Source: Dehalococcoidia bacterium (GTDB lineage Bacteria > Chloroflexota > Dehalococcoidia > Lucifugimonadales > Australimonadaceae). From it: 64,000 nt of DNA. Positions within the stretch are counted from its first letter, which is position 1. The number at the start of each line of letters is the position of its first letter. The stretch lies in the NCBI GenBank assembly GCA_963668465.1, contig OY764542.1:1377702-1441701 (forward strand). The letters are read 5' to 3'. Below the pieces are notes generated by a model. It was not told the origin of the DNA and did not search any database. It was given only the letters and a program-made list of their open reading frames with translations. Below, one piece after another: positions 10,299 through 19,637 of this stretch. Both the position numbers and the translations under genes were made by a program.

Positions 10299-10631
10299 GC
10301 TCCGAGGGGATCTGACACGCGCCACTTACGCGGTCGCCCCTGCAGGCGGTACGCTGGTTGATGCAAGGGGCGTCCTTCATGGGGCTCCCTCGCCGTAGGA
10401 GCGGCGTGTTACAGAATGTTGCAGATTGTTCCACCTGCGGCAGGAACATCAGCGCGTTTCACTCGTAGCACCGTACTTCCATAGGAGTACGAGCGGTGTC
10501 ACAAACCGCCACGCCCATGCACAATCGCATATGAGCAAGGGCTTAGCTCCGGCTTGAGGTGTAACAGACCATCACGCCCGCCTTGCCTGTTCACTTCAGA
10601 ACGCGGCGGGTGTGCGCTTACGCGCATGCCT

Positions 10632-10658
10632 GGACTCCCGCCTTCGCGGGAGTGCAGG
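10632..10658. repeat. REP-like hairpin element, family 1 (divergent copy)
   Basis: ggactcccgccttcgcgggagtgcagg; stem ctcccgc/gcgggag. Confidence 0.45.
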
Positions 10659-10698
10659 AGAAGGCGGGAATCGACGGGCGAAAGCGGGAAGGCGGGGC

Positions 10699-11475
10699 CT
10701 AGCGGCTCGGGGGCGGGGACGAGAACGCGACGCCACCCGCGAGCGAGCCGCCGTCCACCAGCAGGTCCGCCGCCGCGATGAAGTCAGCCTCGTCCGATGC
10801 GAGGAAGACGACCGCCTTTGCGATGTCCGGCGGCATGCCCTGCCGTCCCACGAGGTTCGACACGCCGCGGCCCTCCGACGGCAGCTCTTCCTGGCCAACG
10901 GGCGAGCCGATGCGGTTGGGGGTCAGGGAGTTCACCCGGACGCCGAACTGCGCGAACTGGATGGCGAGCGAGCGGGTGAGGTTCAGCACGCCGCCCTTCG
11001 CCGCCGAGTACGCCGTCGCGTCAGCGCGGCCCCGGTGGCCGGACGTGGAGGCGATGTTGATGATCTTGCCGCCGCGCCCCTGGTCGCGCATCTGCCGTCC
11101 CGCGTACTTGCACGTCAGGAACACGCTCTTGAGTGTCACGTCGATGATGCGGTCCCACTCGTCCTCGGGCAGGTCGAGCGCGGGGGTGTGGTCGGTGATG
11201 GCCGCGTTGTTCACGAGGATGTCGACGCCACCGAAGGCCTCGACGGTCGCACTCACCATGTGCTGCACGTCCTCGCTCGACGATACGTCGGCCTGGACCG
11301 CGATGGCGCAGCCGGGATTGTCGGCGTTGATGGCGTCGGCGACGGCCTGCGCCGCCTCCAGCCGCACGTCGACGAGCGCAACCTTCGCGCCCTCCCCGAC
11401 GAAGTGGTGGCCCACCGACTCGCCGATGTTCCGTCCTGCGCCCGTAACGATTGCTACCTGGTTCTCCAGTCTCAT
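10699..11475 (-). CDS. Classical SDR family oxidoreductase (3-oxoacyl-ACP reductase-like)
   Basis: Start at ATG 11475 (MRLENQVAIVTGAGRNIG); NNAA, YSAAK catalytic motif. Confidence 0.9.
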   Translation of the reverse strand: MRLENQVAIVTGAGRNIGESVGHHFVGEGAKVALVDVRLEAAQAVADAINADNPGCAIAVQADVSSSEDVQHMVSATVEAFGGVDILVNNAAITDHTPALDLPEDEWDRIIDVTLKSVFLTCKYAGRQMRDQGRGGKIINIASTSGHRGRADATAYSAAKGGVLNLTRSLAIQFAQFGVRVNSLTPNRIGSPVGQEELPSEGRGVSNLVGRQGMPPDIAKAVVFLASDEADFIAAADLLVDGGSLAGGVAFSSPPPSR

Positions 11476-11494
11476 GCGTTTGCTCCTGTTGGGG

Positions 11495-12640
11495 TTAGCC
11501 CGCCTGCTCCGCCGCCGCGACAGCCACGCCGACCGGCACGACCCGGGAGGCCGATACCTTGAACGATAGCGCAATCGCATCGCCCTCGCTCACCGATTCG
11601 CCCGGGTGGACGTCCGCCTTCACCAGCGCTCCGCCCACTTCCACCTGGCAGTCGAGCGTGTTGCCGAGATACACGACGCTCTGCACCTTGCCGGAGAGCA
11701 CGTTGACGTCGTCACCGGCGGGTGGGGCGCCCGCGTGCAGCATCACGTTCTCCGGCCGCACGGCCACGGCAACCCGCGTCCCCTTGCTTACCGCCTCCGC
11801 AGTCGTGCAGCGCAGCACGCCGTGCTCCGTCTCCACGCCGGTCACGCCGCCTGTCCCCACGGTATCCGTGGCAGTGCCCTCGAAGAAGTTGGCCGAGCCG
11901 ATGAACTCCGCCGCGAACCGGTTGCGTGGAGCCTCGTAGATCTCGCGGGGCGGGCCGTACTGCACGAGGTGTCCGCTGTCCATCACGGCCACCTGGTCGG
12001 AGAGCGTCAGCGCCTCCAGCTGGTCGTGCGTCACGAACAGTGTCGTGATGCCGAGCGTGGAGGTGAGCTGCTTCAGCTCCATGCGCATCTCCTCGCGCAG
12101 CTTGGCATCCAGGTTGCTGAGGGGTTCGTCGAGCAGGAGCGCCTTCGGTTCGTTCACGAGCGCCCTCGCCAGCGCGAGCCGCTGCTGCTGGCCGCCGCTC
12201 AACTGCGGCGCGGGGCGTTTCTCCAGGCCGTCCAGGTGGACGAGCGCCAGCGAGCGCATCACGCGGTCCCGCGTCTCCGTGTTCGAGAACTTCTGCGGCC
12301 CCTGTTTCAGTGGGAAGGCCACGTTGTCGAACACGTTCATGTGCGGCCATATCGCGTACGACTGAAAGACCATGCCCATCGGCCGCTTGTGCGGCGGCGT
12401 CCACATGCCACGGCTCGACGACACGAGCACCGCGTCCTCCAGCGTGATGTCGCCGTCGTCCGGGCGCTCGAGCCCCGCGATGCAGCGGAGCGTCGTGGAC
12501 TTGCCGCAGCCGGACGGGCCGAGCAGCGTGAAGAACGCGCCCGCCTCGACGTCAAACGAGACGTCGACGACCGCGTGCACCTCGCCCTGGTCTGTCTCGA
12601 ACTGCTTGTACAGGTGGCTCACCTGAAGCGCTACGGTCAC
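11495..12640 (-). CDS. ABC transporter ATP-binding protein (Fe3+/spermidine-putrescine importer type, with C-terminal TOBE-like domain)
   Basis: [44 protein letters not shown]. Confidence 0.92.
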   Translation of the reverse strand: MTVALQVSHLYKQFETDQGEVHAVVDVSFDVEAGAFFTLLGPSGCGKSTTLRCIAGLERPDDGDITLEDAVLVSSSRGMWTPPHKRPMGMVFQSYAIWPHMNVFDNVAFPLKQGPQKFSNTETRDRVMRSLALVHLDGLEKRPAPQLSGGQQQRLALARALVNEPKALLLDEPLSNLDAKLREEMRMELKQLTSTLGITTLFVTHDQLEALTLSDQVAVMDSGHLVQYGPPREIYEAPRNRFAAEFIGSANFFEGTATDTVGTGGVTGVETEHGVLRCTTAEAVSKGTRVAVAVRPENVMLHAGAPPAGDDVNVLSGKVQSVVYLGNTLDCQVEVGGALVKADVHPGESVSEGDAIALSFKVSASRVVPVGVAVAAAEQAG

Positions 12641-12653
12641 GTTCGACCTCCCC

Positions 12654-14402
12654 TTAATGTTGCCTGCTCAGGCGCTGACCCACGATCCGCGTGAGCACGA
12701 CGAGGATGATGATGAGCAGCACGAGCACCACGCCCGCCGCTGCCGCGAGGCTGAGCCGTCCGCCGAAGAACTGCTGCCAGACGTAGGCCGAGATGATGCG
12801 GTTGGAGCTGGACTGCAGCAGCAGGGCGACGGTCAACTCGCGTCCGCTGTGGATGGCGACCCACAGCCAGCCCGCGACCAGCGACGGCATGAGCAGCGGC
12901 AGGATGATGCGCCGGAACGTGCTGAACCAAGCCGCCCCGCTCATCGCGCCGGCCTCTTCGAGCTCGCGGTGTATCTGGAACATCGCCCCGTTCGTCGTCC
13001 GTGTGCCGTAGGCGATGAACAGCGAGACGTGCGCGATGACGATGAGCCATATCGTGCCGTAGGTCGGGGTGAGGATGAACAGCCCGATGATGAGCCACGC
13101 AAGCCCCATGACGATGCCCGGCACGGTGTGTGGCATGAAGGCCAGCATGTCCAGTATCGACTTGCCGCGAGCCTTGCTCCGAACCACGAACCACGAGACG
13201 ACCGCCGAGAGCAGCATCGTCAGCGCGGGCACTACGAGGATGAGCAGCAGCGAGTTCCGCAGCCCCTGCATGAACTCGTGCCTGCCGGGTCCGGTGAGGA
13301 TGAAGCGGTATGCGTCCAGGCTCACGAACTCCAGCGCCTTCGGGAGCGGCGCCTGGTAGAACGGGATGAGGCTCGCCCAGAAGAGGATGAACATCGGCAG
13401 ACCAAACGTGAGGATGAAGAACAGGATGATGAGGCCTGCGCTGATGTAGCGGCCTGTCGGACCCAGTTCGATGCGCCGCGGACGGTAGCCCTTCCCTGTC
13501 ACTGTGGCGAAACGCTGCTGTATCCGCGTCACGCGGTGGTAGATGATGATGCCGACCACGCCGAGGATGCCCGCGATAGTCGCAAGGCTCGTGGCGAAAC
13601 CGTAGTCGGGCGGGACCTGGCTCGTCGCCAGGTAGATCCGCGTGGCGAGCACGTGGATGTCCGCAGGCATCCCCATCACGCCGGGAATCTCGAACACGCC
13701 GACCGTCGACGTCGCGATGTAGACGACCACGCCCAGGATGCCGGGCGTCATGATAGGCAGCGTGACGTGGCGCGCCGTCTTGAACGTGCCCACCTGCGAC
13801 ATGGATGACGCTTCTTCCAGTGAGGGGTCCATGCTGCGGAAGAGCCCGATGACCATGAGGAAGATGGTGGCCGCGAGCCGCAGCCCCTCCACGAAGATCA
13901 TCGCCCACATCGTGTTCGGGTTGAACGGCCCTTTGTCCCAGTCCAGCAACGCCGTGAACGGCAGGTTCACGAGGCCGGTCCGGGGGTTCAGCACGAGCAC
14001 CCACGCGATGGCGAACATGGCCGCTGGCATCGCGCTGTTGATGACGATGGAAACAAAGCCGAAGTTGCGCAACGGTGTGTTCGTGCGCTCGATGAGCCAT
14101 GCGAAACCGACGCCGATGATGAGGCCGACTATGATCGAGCCGACCGAGAACCAGAACGTATTGATGAGCAGTTCGTACGTGAGCGGATTGAGGAACGTGT
14201 CTACGTAGTTGTCTATGGTGAACGTGCCGCCGCGCTCACCGGGCCCCGCCGTGCGGAAGCTGAACCACAGCACAAGCACCAGAGGCACGACGACGAGGAA
14301 TGCCAGCAGCGCTCCCAGAGAGCCGATGACGATCAGCACCTGCGGATCCGTCCGCAGGCCCCGGCGCAGGGTGCGCCCCACTGTTGTCTGCTGCCCGATC
14401 AT
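12654..14402 (-). CDS. ABC transporter permease, fused two-domain (FbpB/ThiP-like)
   Basis: 582 aa, multi-TM, duplicated binding-protein-dependent permease architecture; operon position between the ATPase and the SBP. Confidence 0.85.
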   Translation of the reverse strand: MIGQQTTVGRTLRRGLRTDPQVLIVIGSLGALLAFLVVVPLVLVLWFSFRTAGPGERGGTFTIDNYVDTFLNPLTYELLINTFWFSVGSIIVGLIIGVGFAWLIERTNTPLRNFGFVSIVINSAMPAAMFAIAWVLVLNPRTGLVNLPFTALLDWDKGPFNPNTMWAMIFVEGLRLAATIFLMVIGLFRSMDPSLEEASSMSQVGTFKTARHVTLPIMTPGILGVVVYIATSTVGVFEIPGVMGMPADIHVLATRIYLATSQVPPDYGFATSLATIAGILGVVGIIIYHRVTRIQQRFATVTGKGYRPRRIELGPTGRYISAGLIILFFILTFGLPMFILFWASLIPFYQAPLPKALEFVSLDAYRFILTGPGRHEFMQGLRNSLLLILVVPALTMLLSAVVSWFVVRSKARGKSILDMLAFMPHTVPGIVMGLAWLIIGLFILTPTYGTIWLIVIAHVSLFIAYGTRTTNGAMFQIHRELEEAGAMSGAAWFSTFRRIILPLLMPSLVAGWLWVAIHSGRELTVALLLQSSSNRIISAYVWQQFFGGRLSLAAAAGVVLVLLIIILVVLTRIVGQRLSRQH

Positions 14403-14509
14403 GACGCGCCGCTCACTCCTGAGGCAGAACTGTGCTGCCCCTCAGGCCACAAGGCGCCGGGACGATGCTGTCATCATCCCGGCGCCCTCACTGCATGAGA
14501 CTTCGAGCC

Positions 14510-15643
14510 CTATCCGGTCGGGATGCCGATGGCCTCGAGGTACTTGTCCGTCAGTCTGCCGAAGTGGTCGTTCAGCTCGGTCCCCGGCGGAACGATCTTC
14601 GAGCCCTTGGACTTGACCAGGTTGGCGTACGGCGTGTCCTCGACAAGAGCCAGGTCGGACGTCGGGCGAACCTTCGTCCAGAGGGCACGACCTTCGGGGC
14701 CCATCAGGAATGCGGCGAACAGCTTGGCTGCATTCGGGTTGGGCGAGTTCTTCGGCACGAAGTGGTGCACGGGCTCCACCGAGATGGTCTCGACCGGAAC
14801 GATGTCCAGCGGCGCTCCGTCCTCGCGCAGGTTCTCGAAGGAACTGAGGTTGATCTCCAGCGCACAGGAGACCTCGCCGGACGCCACGAGGTCGCCGACG
14901 ACGCCATTGCCGCGCTGTGCCTTGAGGTCGTTCGCCTTCACGGCAGACAGGTACTCCGCAACCCGGTCCTCCTCCCAGAGGCCGGGGCGCGAGTCCCCGT
15001 ACTCAGGCAGGTTCGTCAGGTAGATGAAGCCCTTCAGCCGGTTCTCGACAACGATCTCGCCCTCGAGGCTCGGGTCGAGCAGGTCCTCGTAGGACTGCGG
15101 GAACTCGCTCGCTGAGAGCCTGTCGGTGTTGCAGATGGGCGCGTGCGGCACACCCACCTTCAGCCAGATGCGGTTGTCCGAGTAGACGAGGTTCGGGTCG
15201 ACACCGAGTTCCTCGACGATGTCCGTCAGGTCTTCGGCGAGGTCCTCCTCGATCACGCGGTTGTCGCGCCCGGGGTCGGTAACGTCAACCGAGATCTTGC
15301 CCGCCTGCGCCTCCAGGAAGAGACGCTCTCGCAGCTCGGCGCTGTTCGCGGTGATGAGGCTCACCTTGACGCCGGGGTAATTCGCCTCGAAGGCGCCGAT
15401 AATGGCGGTGGTGCGCTCTTCCGTGTCGGTCGTCGCCCAGACGATCTCGCCTTCCTGCTGCGCCCCAGCGTACAACTGATCCAGCAGGCCGGGGACCGGC
15501 GTAGGGGTCGCCTGGGGCGCCGGCGTAGGCGTCGGAGTCGCCGTGGGGTCACTACCGCAGGCAGCAAGCGACGCCACGGCCATCAGAGCCGCGAGCGCTA
15601 CCAGCGCAGCACGCGCACCGGTGTAGACAGCTTTCCCTCTCAT
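14510..15643 (-). CDS. ABC transporter extracellular solute-binding lipoprotein
   Basis: Start at ATG 15643 (MRGKAVYTGARAALVALAALMAVASLAACGSDPTATPTPTP: signal peptide, lipobox, PT linker); operon context. Confidence 0.8.
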   Translation of the reverse strand: MRGKAVYTGARAALVALAALMAVASLAACGSDPTATPTPTPAPQATPTPVPGLLDQLYAGAQQEGEIVWATTDTEERTTAIIGAFEANYPGVKVSLITANSAELRERLFLEAQAGKISVDVTDPGRDNRVIEEDLAEDLTDIVEELGVDPNLVYSDNRIWLKVGVPHAPICNTDRLSASEFPQSYEDLLDPSLEGEIVVENRLKGFIYLTNLPEYGDSRPGLWEEDRVAEYLSAVKANDLKAQRGNGVVGDLVASGEVSCALEINLSSFENLREDGAPLDIVPVETISVEPVHHFVPKNSPNPNAAKLFAAFLMGPEGRALWTKVRPTSDLALVEDTPYANLVKSKGSKIVPPGTELNDHFGRLTDKYLEAIGIPTG

Positions 15644-15824
15644 GTCATCCTCCCTGTGACGAATGAGGGATATCCCACCTGTGCTGCGTCGGTTTGTGCG
15701 GGGTCCGCATACGGGGCAGGCAGGCTGGGCATAACCCACGCTGGAAACTAACACTGCGTATGCAGAGCGTCAACGCGCAGGCAGCACGAGGGTCAGAAGG
15801 GGGAGTTCGGAGCGCCGGTACGGT

Positions 15825-17111
15825 TCAGACGCGCGAGAGGGAGGGATCCATGCGCGGGAGGAGGTCGGTGCGCCAATCGTCGGCTGCGGCAAGGACGCTC
15901 TCGGCGGCGCGCAGCTCGTAGTAATTGGGCGAAACGCCCGGCGGGTCGCCGCCGTCCTGTACGGTCCGCACCGCCTCTTCGAGCAACTTCCTCGCGGTGA
16001 TGATCGCCTTGTCCGCAGGGCCCAGGTGCTCGCGGGAGCGGTCCACGATGGGGCCCATCATCTCCTGCACCGCGCGGTCCTGGGTGTTGATACCAACGAT
16101 GCCAGTGAACGTCTCCGTCTTCTGCGCAGCACGATCGATCAACCAGCTGTTGGAGCGATTGCGGATGGCGCGGAACCCGTTCTCCGCGTCCACGTCCACA
16201 CCGAAGATGTTGCCCGTTTCCTCGGGCCCGGCCTCGCCCTTGTCCAGCGGCGTAGCCTCGTTGTAGTACCAGTTCCACACGAGGCAGTGGTAGTCGTCTA
16301 TAGGCACCCAGTGGTGGCCGTGGGTCTGGTTCTGCACTCCTCTGCCCGCCGGGCGCAGCTGCGTCCACGGCATCACGAAGTGGTAGCCCCGCACGTACTG
16401 CTGGTCCGTGCCAAGCTGGCGGACGCCGAAGTAGCGGTAGCCGTAGTCGGTAACGTCCACTTCCAGCGACGGCGCCGCGCCCTGTACGAATGCATCGTTC
16501 ATCGGGATACCGGGCTGCGAGGGATTCGCGCGCAGCGCCCGGTGCATGATGGGCGCGTGGGAGGTGTCTATCCCGCCCTCGAGCGCCTGCAGCCAGTTGC
16601 ACTCCTCCACAACCTTCGTCACCACGCGATGCTCCGCGGGCACGCTCGTCCACGCGAAGTTGGGGGGCGGGGGCTGCTTCTCCTTCGGCCCCATGTACAC
16701 CCACAACACGCCTCCCACCTCGGAGACGGGGTACGAGACCGTCTTGACCTTGGACGCGAACTGCTTCGGCTCGTTCATCTGGTCGACGCACTGGCCCGTC
16801 ACGTCGAACTTCCAGCCGTGGTAGACGCAGCGCAGGCCGTTCTCTTCGTTCCGGCCGAGCCAGAGCGACGTGAGCCGGTGCGGGCAGTACTCGTCGAGCA
16901 CGCCCACGCGTCCGCTCGTGTCGCGGAATGCCACCAGGTCTTCGCCGAGAAGCCGCAGTCGCACGGGCGTGCAGTCCGGCTCCGGCAGCTCCCAGTCGAG
17001 CAGCGCCGGCAACCAGTAGCGGCGGAGCGTTTCACCCATCGGCGTACCGGCGCCAACCCGGGTGAGTAGTTCATTCTGCTGAGCAGTGAGCATCGCCTGA
17101 TGCGCCTCCAA
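15825..17111 (-). CDS. Rieske non-heme iron aromatic ring-hydroxylating oxygenase, alpha subunit (phthalate-family type, no beta subunit adjacent)
   Basis: CPHRLTSLWLGRNEENGLRCVYHGW Rieske motif; mononuclear iron region LEGGIDTSHAPIMH; start may be ATG 17093. Confidence 0.88.
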   Translation of the reverse strand: MEAHQAMLTAQQNELLTRVGAGTPMGETLRRYWLPALLDWELPEPDCTPVRLRLLGEDLVAFRDTSGRVGVLDEYCPHRLTSLWLGRNEENGLRCVYHGWKFDVTGQCVDQMNEPKQFASKVKTVSYPVSEVGGVLWVYMGPKEKQPPPPNFAWTSVPAEHRVVTKVVEECNWLQALEGGIDTSHAPIMHRALRANPSQPGIPMNDAFVQGAAPSLEVDVTDYGYRYFGVRQLGTDQQYVRGYHFVMPWTQLRPAGRGVQNQTHGHHWVPIDDYHCLVWNWYYNEATPLDKGEAGPEETGNIFGVDVDAENGFRAIRNRSNSWLIDRAAQKTETFTGIVGINTQDRAVQEMMGPIVDRSREHLGPADKAIITARKLLEEAVRTVQDGGDPPGVSPNYYELRAAESVLAAADDWRTDLLPRMDPSLSRV

Positions 17112-17169
17112 ACGCGCGGACTATCCGCAAGATACTCCCAGCCCCACGGACGGGCAAGCCTCCACGATG

Positions 17170-17202
17170 CCACCGTGAGAGCGACAACCGCTCTCACGGT
17201 GG
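17170..17202. promoter_or_regulatory. Perfect 14-bp inverted repeat in a divergent promoter region (candidate operator or hairpin)
   Basis: ccaccgtgagagcg-acaac-cgctctcacggtgg, between the starts of the Rieske oxygenase (-) and the GT39-like gene (+). Confidence 0.45.
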
Positions 17203-17264
17203 ATGCGGTAGGATGAACCGGTACACTCCTACCATCCTCCCCAACAGCCTCTGAGCAGCCTCGC

Positions 17265-19079
17265 TTGAACACCACCTGTCCGCAATGCGGCACCGCGAAC
17301 GCCGTGCACCACCGCTTCTGCTTCTACTGCGGCTACGCGCTCATGCCCGCCGGTGTTCCTTCCACCTCAACTCCGTCACGTTCAACCCGATGGCAAGCGC
17401 CTGCGGAAGCCGCCGTCGAGGGCATCGGCGTTGCGTGGGGAATAACACGGGGGCTGAGTCAGCTAGCGTTCGGAGCCTTAGCTCCCCTGGCGCGTGCGTT
17501 CGCCGCTCTCCCGGTGTTCGCCAGGCAGCCCGCAAACGCAGATAGCCGGATACGGCTGTGGGAGATCGCAGTCATCGCAGCGCTGACCTTCGTTGCAGCG
17601 GTCATCCGTACCCAGAACCTCGAGACGGTGCCGCCCGGCGTCGCGAACGACGAAGCGGAACTGGCGCTCGAGGCGCTGCGCATCTCTCGGGGCGAGGTAT
17701 GGCCCGGGGCCTGGACCGGCGTCACGCTGGGCACACCCGCAGGGCTCGTCCACCTGCAGGCGCTGCTCCTGCTCTTCCAGGACGCGAGCATCGCCACGGC
17801 CCGATGGAGCGCCGTACTCCCTGGTGTCGCGCTCATACCCGTGGCCTATCTCCTGATGCGCCAGCTCTTCTCGGCCAGGACGGCCATCCTCACTGCGGCG
17901 TTCCTCACCTTCCACATCTGGGTCCTCGTGTTCAGCCGCATCGCATTCCCAACCATGCCCGCCGTCTTCTGCTTCGCGGCAAGTATGTGGCTGTTCATCG
18001 CAGGCGTTCGGTCGAACCGTTGGTGGGCCGCCGGACTCGGAGGCGTCCTGTTCGGACTCGGTTGGTACACCTACAAGTCGTTCCCCGTGTACGCCCTCGC
18101 AGTATGGGGAGTGCTCCTTCTCTTCCTGCTACTGCGCCCGGAAACGCGACGCAAGGAGGTCTACTGGTTCCTCGGCGCTTCCGTTGCGGTCAGCGCGCAC
18201 ATGATCTTCTTCTACCTCACATCGGACGTCATCGAGGCGTCGCTACGCCTGTACGACAGGACGCCGCTCTCGCCCCTGCCCCTCATGAGCCGGGCGTGGG
18301 AGGTCATCACGTACGTCCACACGCCGATGCCGCGCGAGGGTAACGTCGGGACCGGAGGGATACCGCTGTTGCACTTCAGCACGGAGGTATTCTTCTGGAT
18401 AGGGCTGGCAACGCTCCTCCTGTCCATCAGAAGGCGCTCCAGCCAACTGTTGCTCGCGGGATGGCTCATCTCGCTCGTGCCCGCCATCCTGACGCCGGAC
18501 GCGGAGAGCCGACGCTACCTGCTCGGCATCGTCTTCGTCCTCGCAATCGCGGCCGTTGGGCTGGACGCCATCGTCTCGCTCGTGCACAACCGCTGGAACC
18601 GGTTTGCAGGCGCGCTCCTCATCCCTATCCTCGCGGGGTGGTTCGGAAACACGGTAGCCGCTGTCGTGCTGGCCGCATTCGTGCTGCTCTTCGCCGGACA
18701 GCAGGCCCGCGACTACGACAACTGGCTCATCGAATCGGAGTGGGCGCTGGCCCGCAAGGAGGTCGAGGCGGTGCGGTTCGCACAGTCGCTGGGCACCGGG
18801 TACGAGGTACGCCTTTACAACGACCGCCTGCCCGAGGCGAATGCCGTCGTGCAATGGTTCCTCCACGATACGGAGACCGCCAACGGTAGTCCGATCTTCG
18901 GGGGGAGCGGCGAGATAGACGCGGAGACGGTGAGCGGGCCGACGGTCTGGCTGTTGGCCGAGAACTACCTGACCCTCGTCCCGCAGTTAGAGACGGCCTT
19001 CCCGGAGGGGAGCCTTTCGTTCGAGAACAACGAGCAGGGAGAGTTACTGTACGCGGCGTACGTGCTGGATACCTCGTAA
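17265..19079 (+). CDS. Membrane protein: N-terminal zinc-ribbon fused to a GT-C/GT39 (ArnT/PMT-like) glycosyltransferase-like domain
   Basis: TTG start; CPQCGTANAVHHRFCFYCG zinc ribbon; more than 10 predicted TM helices; first-loop acidic motif VANDEAE; YTYKSFP segment. Confidence 0.6.
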   Translation: MNTTCPQCGTANAVHHRFCFYCGYALMPAGVPSTSTPSRSTRWQAPAEAAVEGIGVAWGITRGLSQLAFGALAPLARAFAALPVFARQPANADSRIRLWEIAVIAALTFVAAVIRTQNLETVPPGVANDEAELALEALRISRGEVWPGAWTGVTLGTPAGLVHLQALLLLFQDASIATARWSAVLPGVALIPVAYLLMRQLFSARTAILTAAFLTFHIWVLVFSRIAFPTMPAVFCFAASMWLFIAGVRSNRWWAAGLGGVLFGLGWYTYKSFPVYALAVWGVLLLFLLLRPETRRKEVYWFLGASVAVSAHMIFFYLTSDVIEASLRLYDRTPLSPLPLMSRAWEVITYVHTPMPREGNVGTGGIPLLHFSTEVFFWIGLATLLLSIRRRSSQLLLAGWLISLVPAILTPDAESRRYLLGIVFVLAIAAVGLDAIVSLVHNRWNRFAGALLIPILAGWFGNTVAAVVLAAFVLLFAGQQARDYDNWLIESEWALARKEVEAVRFAQSLGTGYEVRLYNDRLPEANAVVQWFLHDTETANGSPIFGGSGEIDAETVSGPTVWLLAENYLTLVPQLETAFPEGSLSFENNEQGELLYAAYVLDTS

Positions 19080-19229
19080 GAGTACGAGCGATCAGCTGAC
19101 TGACTCTGTCCCCATTCTGGTATGGCGCTATCTCCCACAGGTAAGAGTATTGAACCGCCAGCAATCAGTTGGCAGATTTCGCTGCTTGCGCGGTTTCATC
19201 GTTTCCGGTAATACAGAGCGAGGCTTCCC

Positions 19230-19637
19230 ATGGACCTTTCCTTCTCTGACATCACCCGCGAAGCATGGCTCCTCTTCGGCGCCATTCAGTTCGCCGCAGT
19301 GGTTGTGTTTCTGACCGTCCGGCCCATCAGCAGATGGGCAACGCGGGAGCTGAAGGGTTATAGCGCCACTTCGTGGACGGTCCCACCTCTCTGGGTGGGG
19401 ATCGGGAACGGCATCGTCGAAAGACTGCTGATAGCAGGGGTCGTCTTCCTCTCACCGGAAGACGCCGTACTTGTCGGCATCGCCTGGCTGACGCTGAAGA
19501 CGGCGCTCTCACTGCGCGGATTCTGGGGTGAGGACACCGCACGCCGGGTGAACGGCATCATCTTCCTCTGGACATCGGTCGCCTCCATGCTCGTAGGAGT
19601 TGCTTCTGGCTTTCTCCTGCGAGCCCAGGCGGCTTGA
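19230..19637 (+). CDS. Hypothetical small membrane protein
   Basis: 135 aa, about 4 hydrophobic helices; overlaps the MATE gene start by 4 nt. Confidence 0.5.
   Translation: MDLSFSDITREAWLLFGAIQFAAVVVFLTVRPISRWATRELKGYSATSWTVPPLWVGIGNGIVERLLIAGVVFLSPEDAVLVGIAWLTLKTALSLRGFWGEDTARRVNGIIFLWTSVASMLVGVASGFLLRAQAA

Noticed and set aside
10299-10698. Possible small RNA or tRNA-like gene in the about 400-bp non-coding stretch right of the retropepsin cassette.
   Set aside because: There are only weak local hairpins (for example cgtacttcc-ata-ggagtacg), with no cloverleaf or known ncRNA signature. It is mentioned only as context for the cassette finding.
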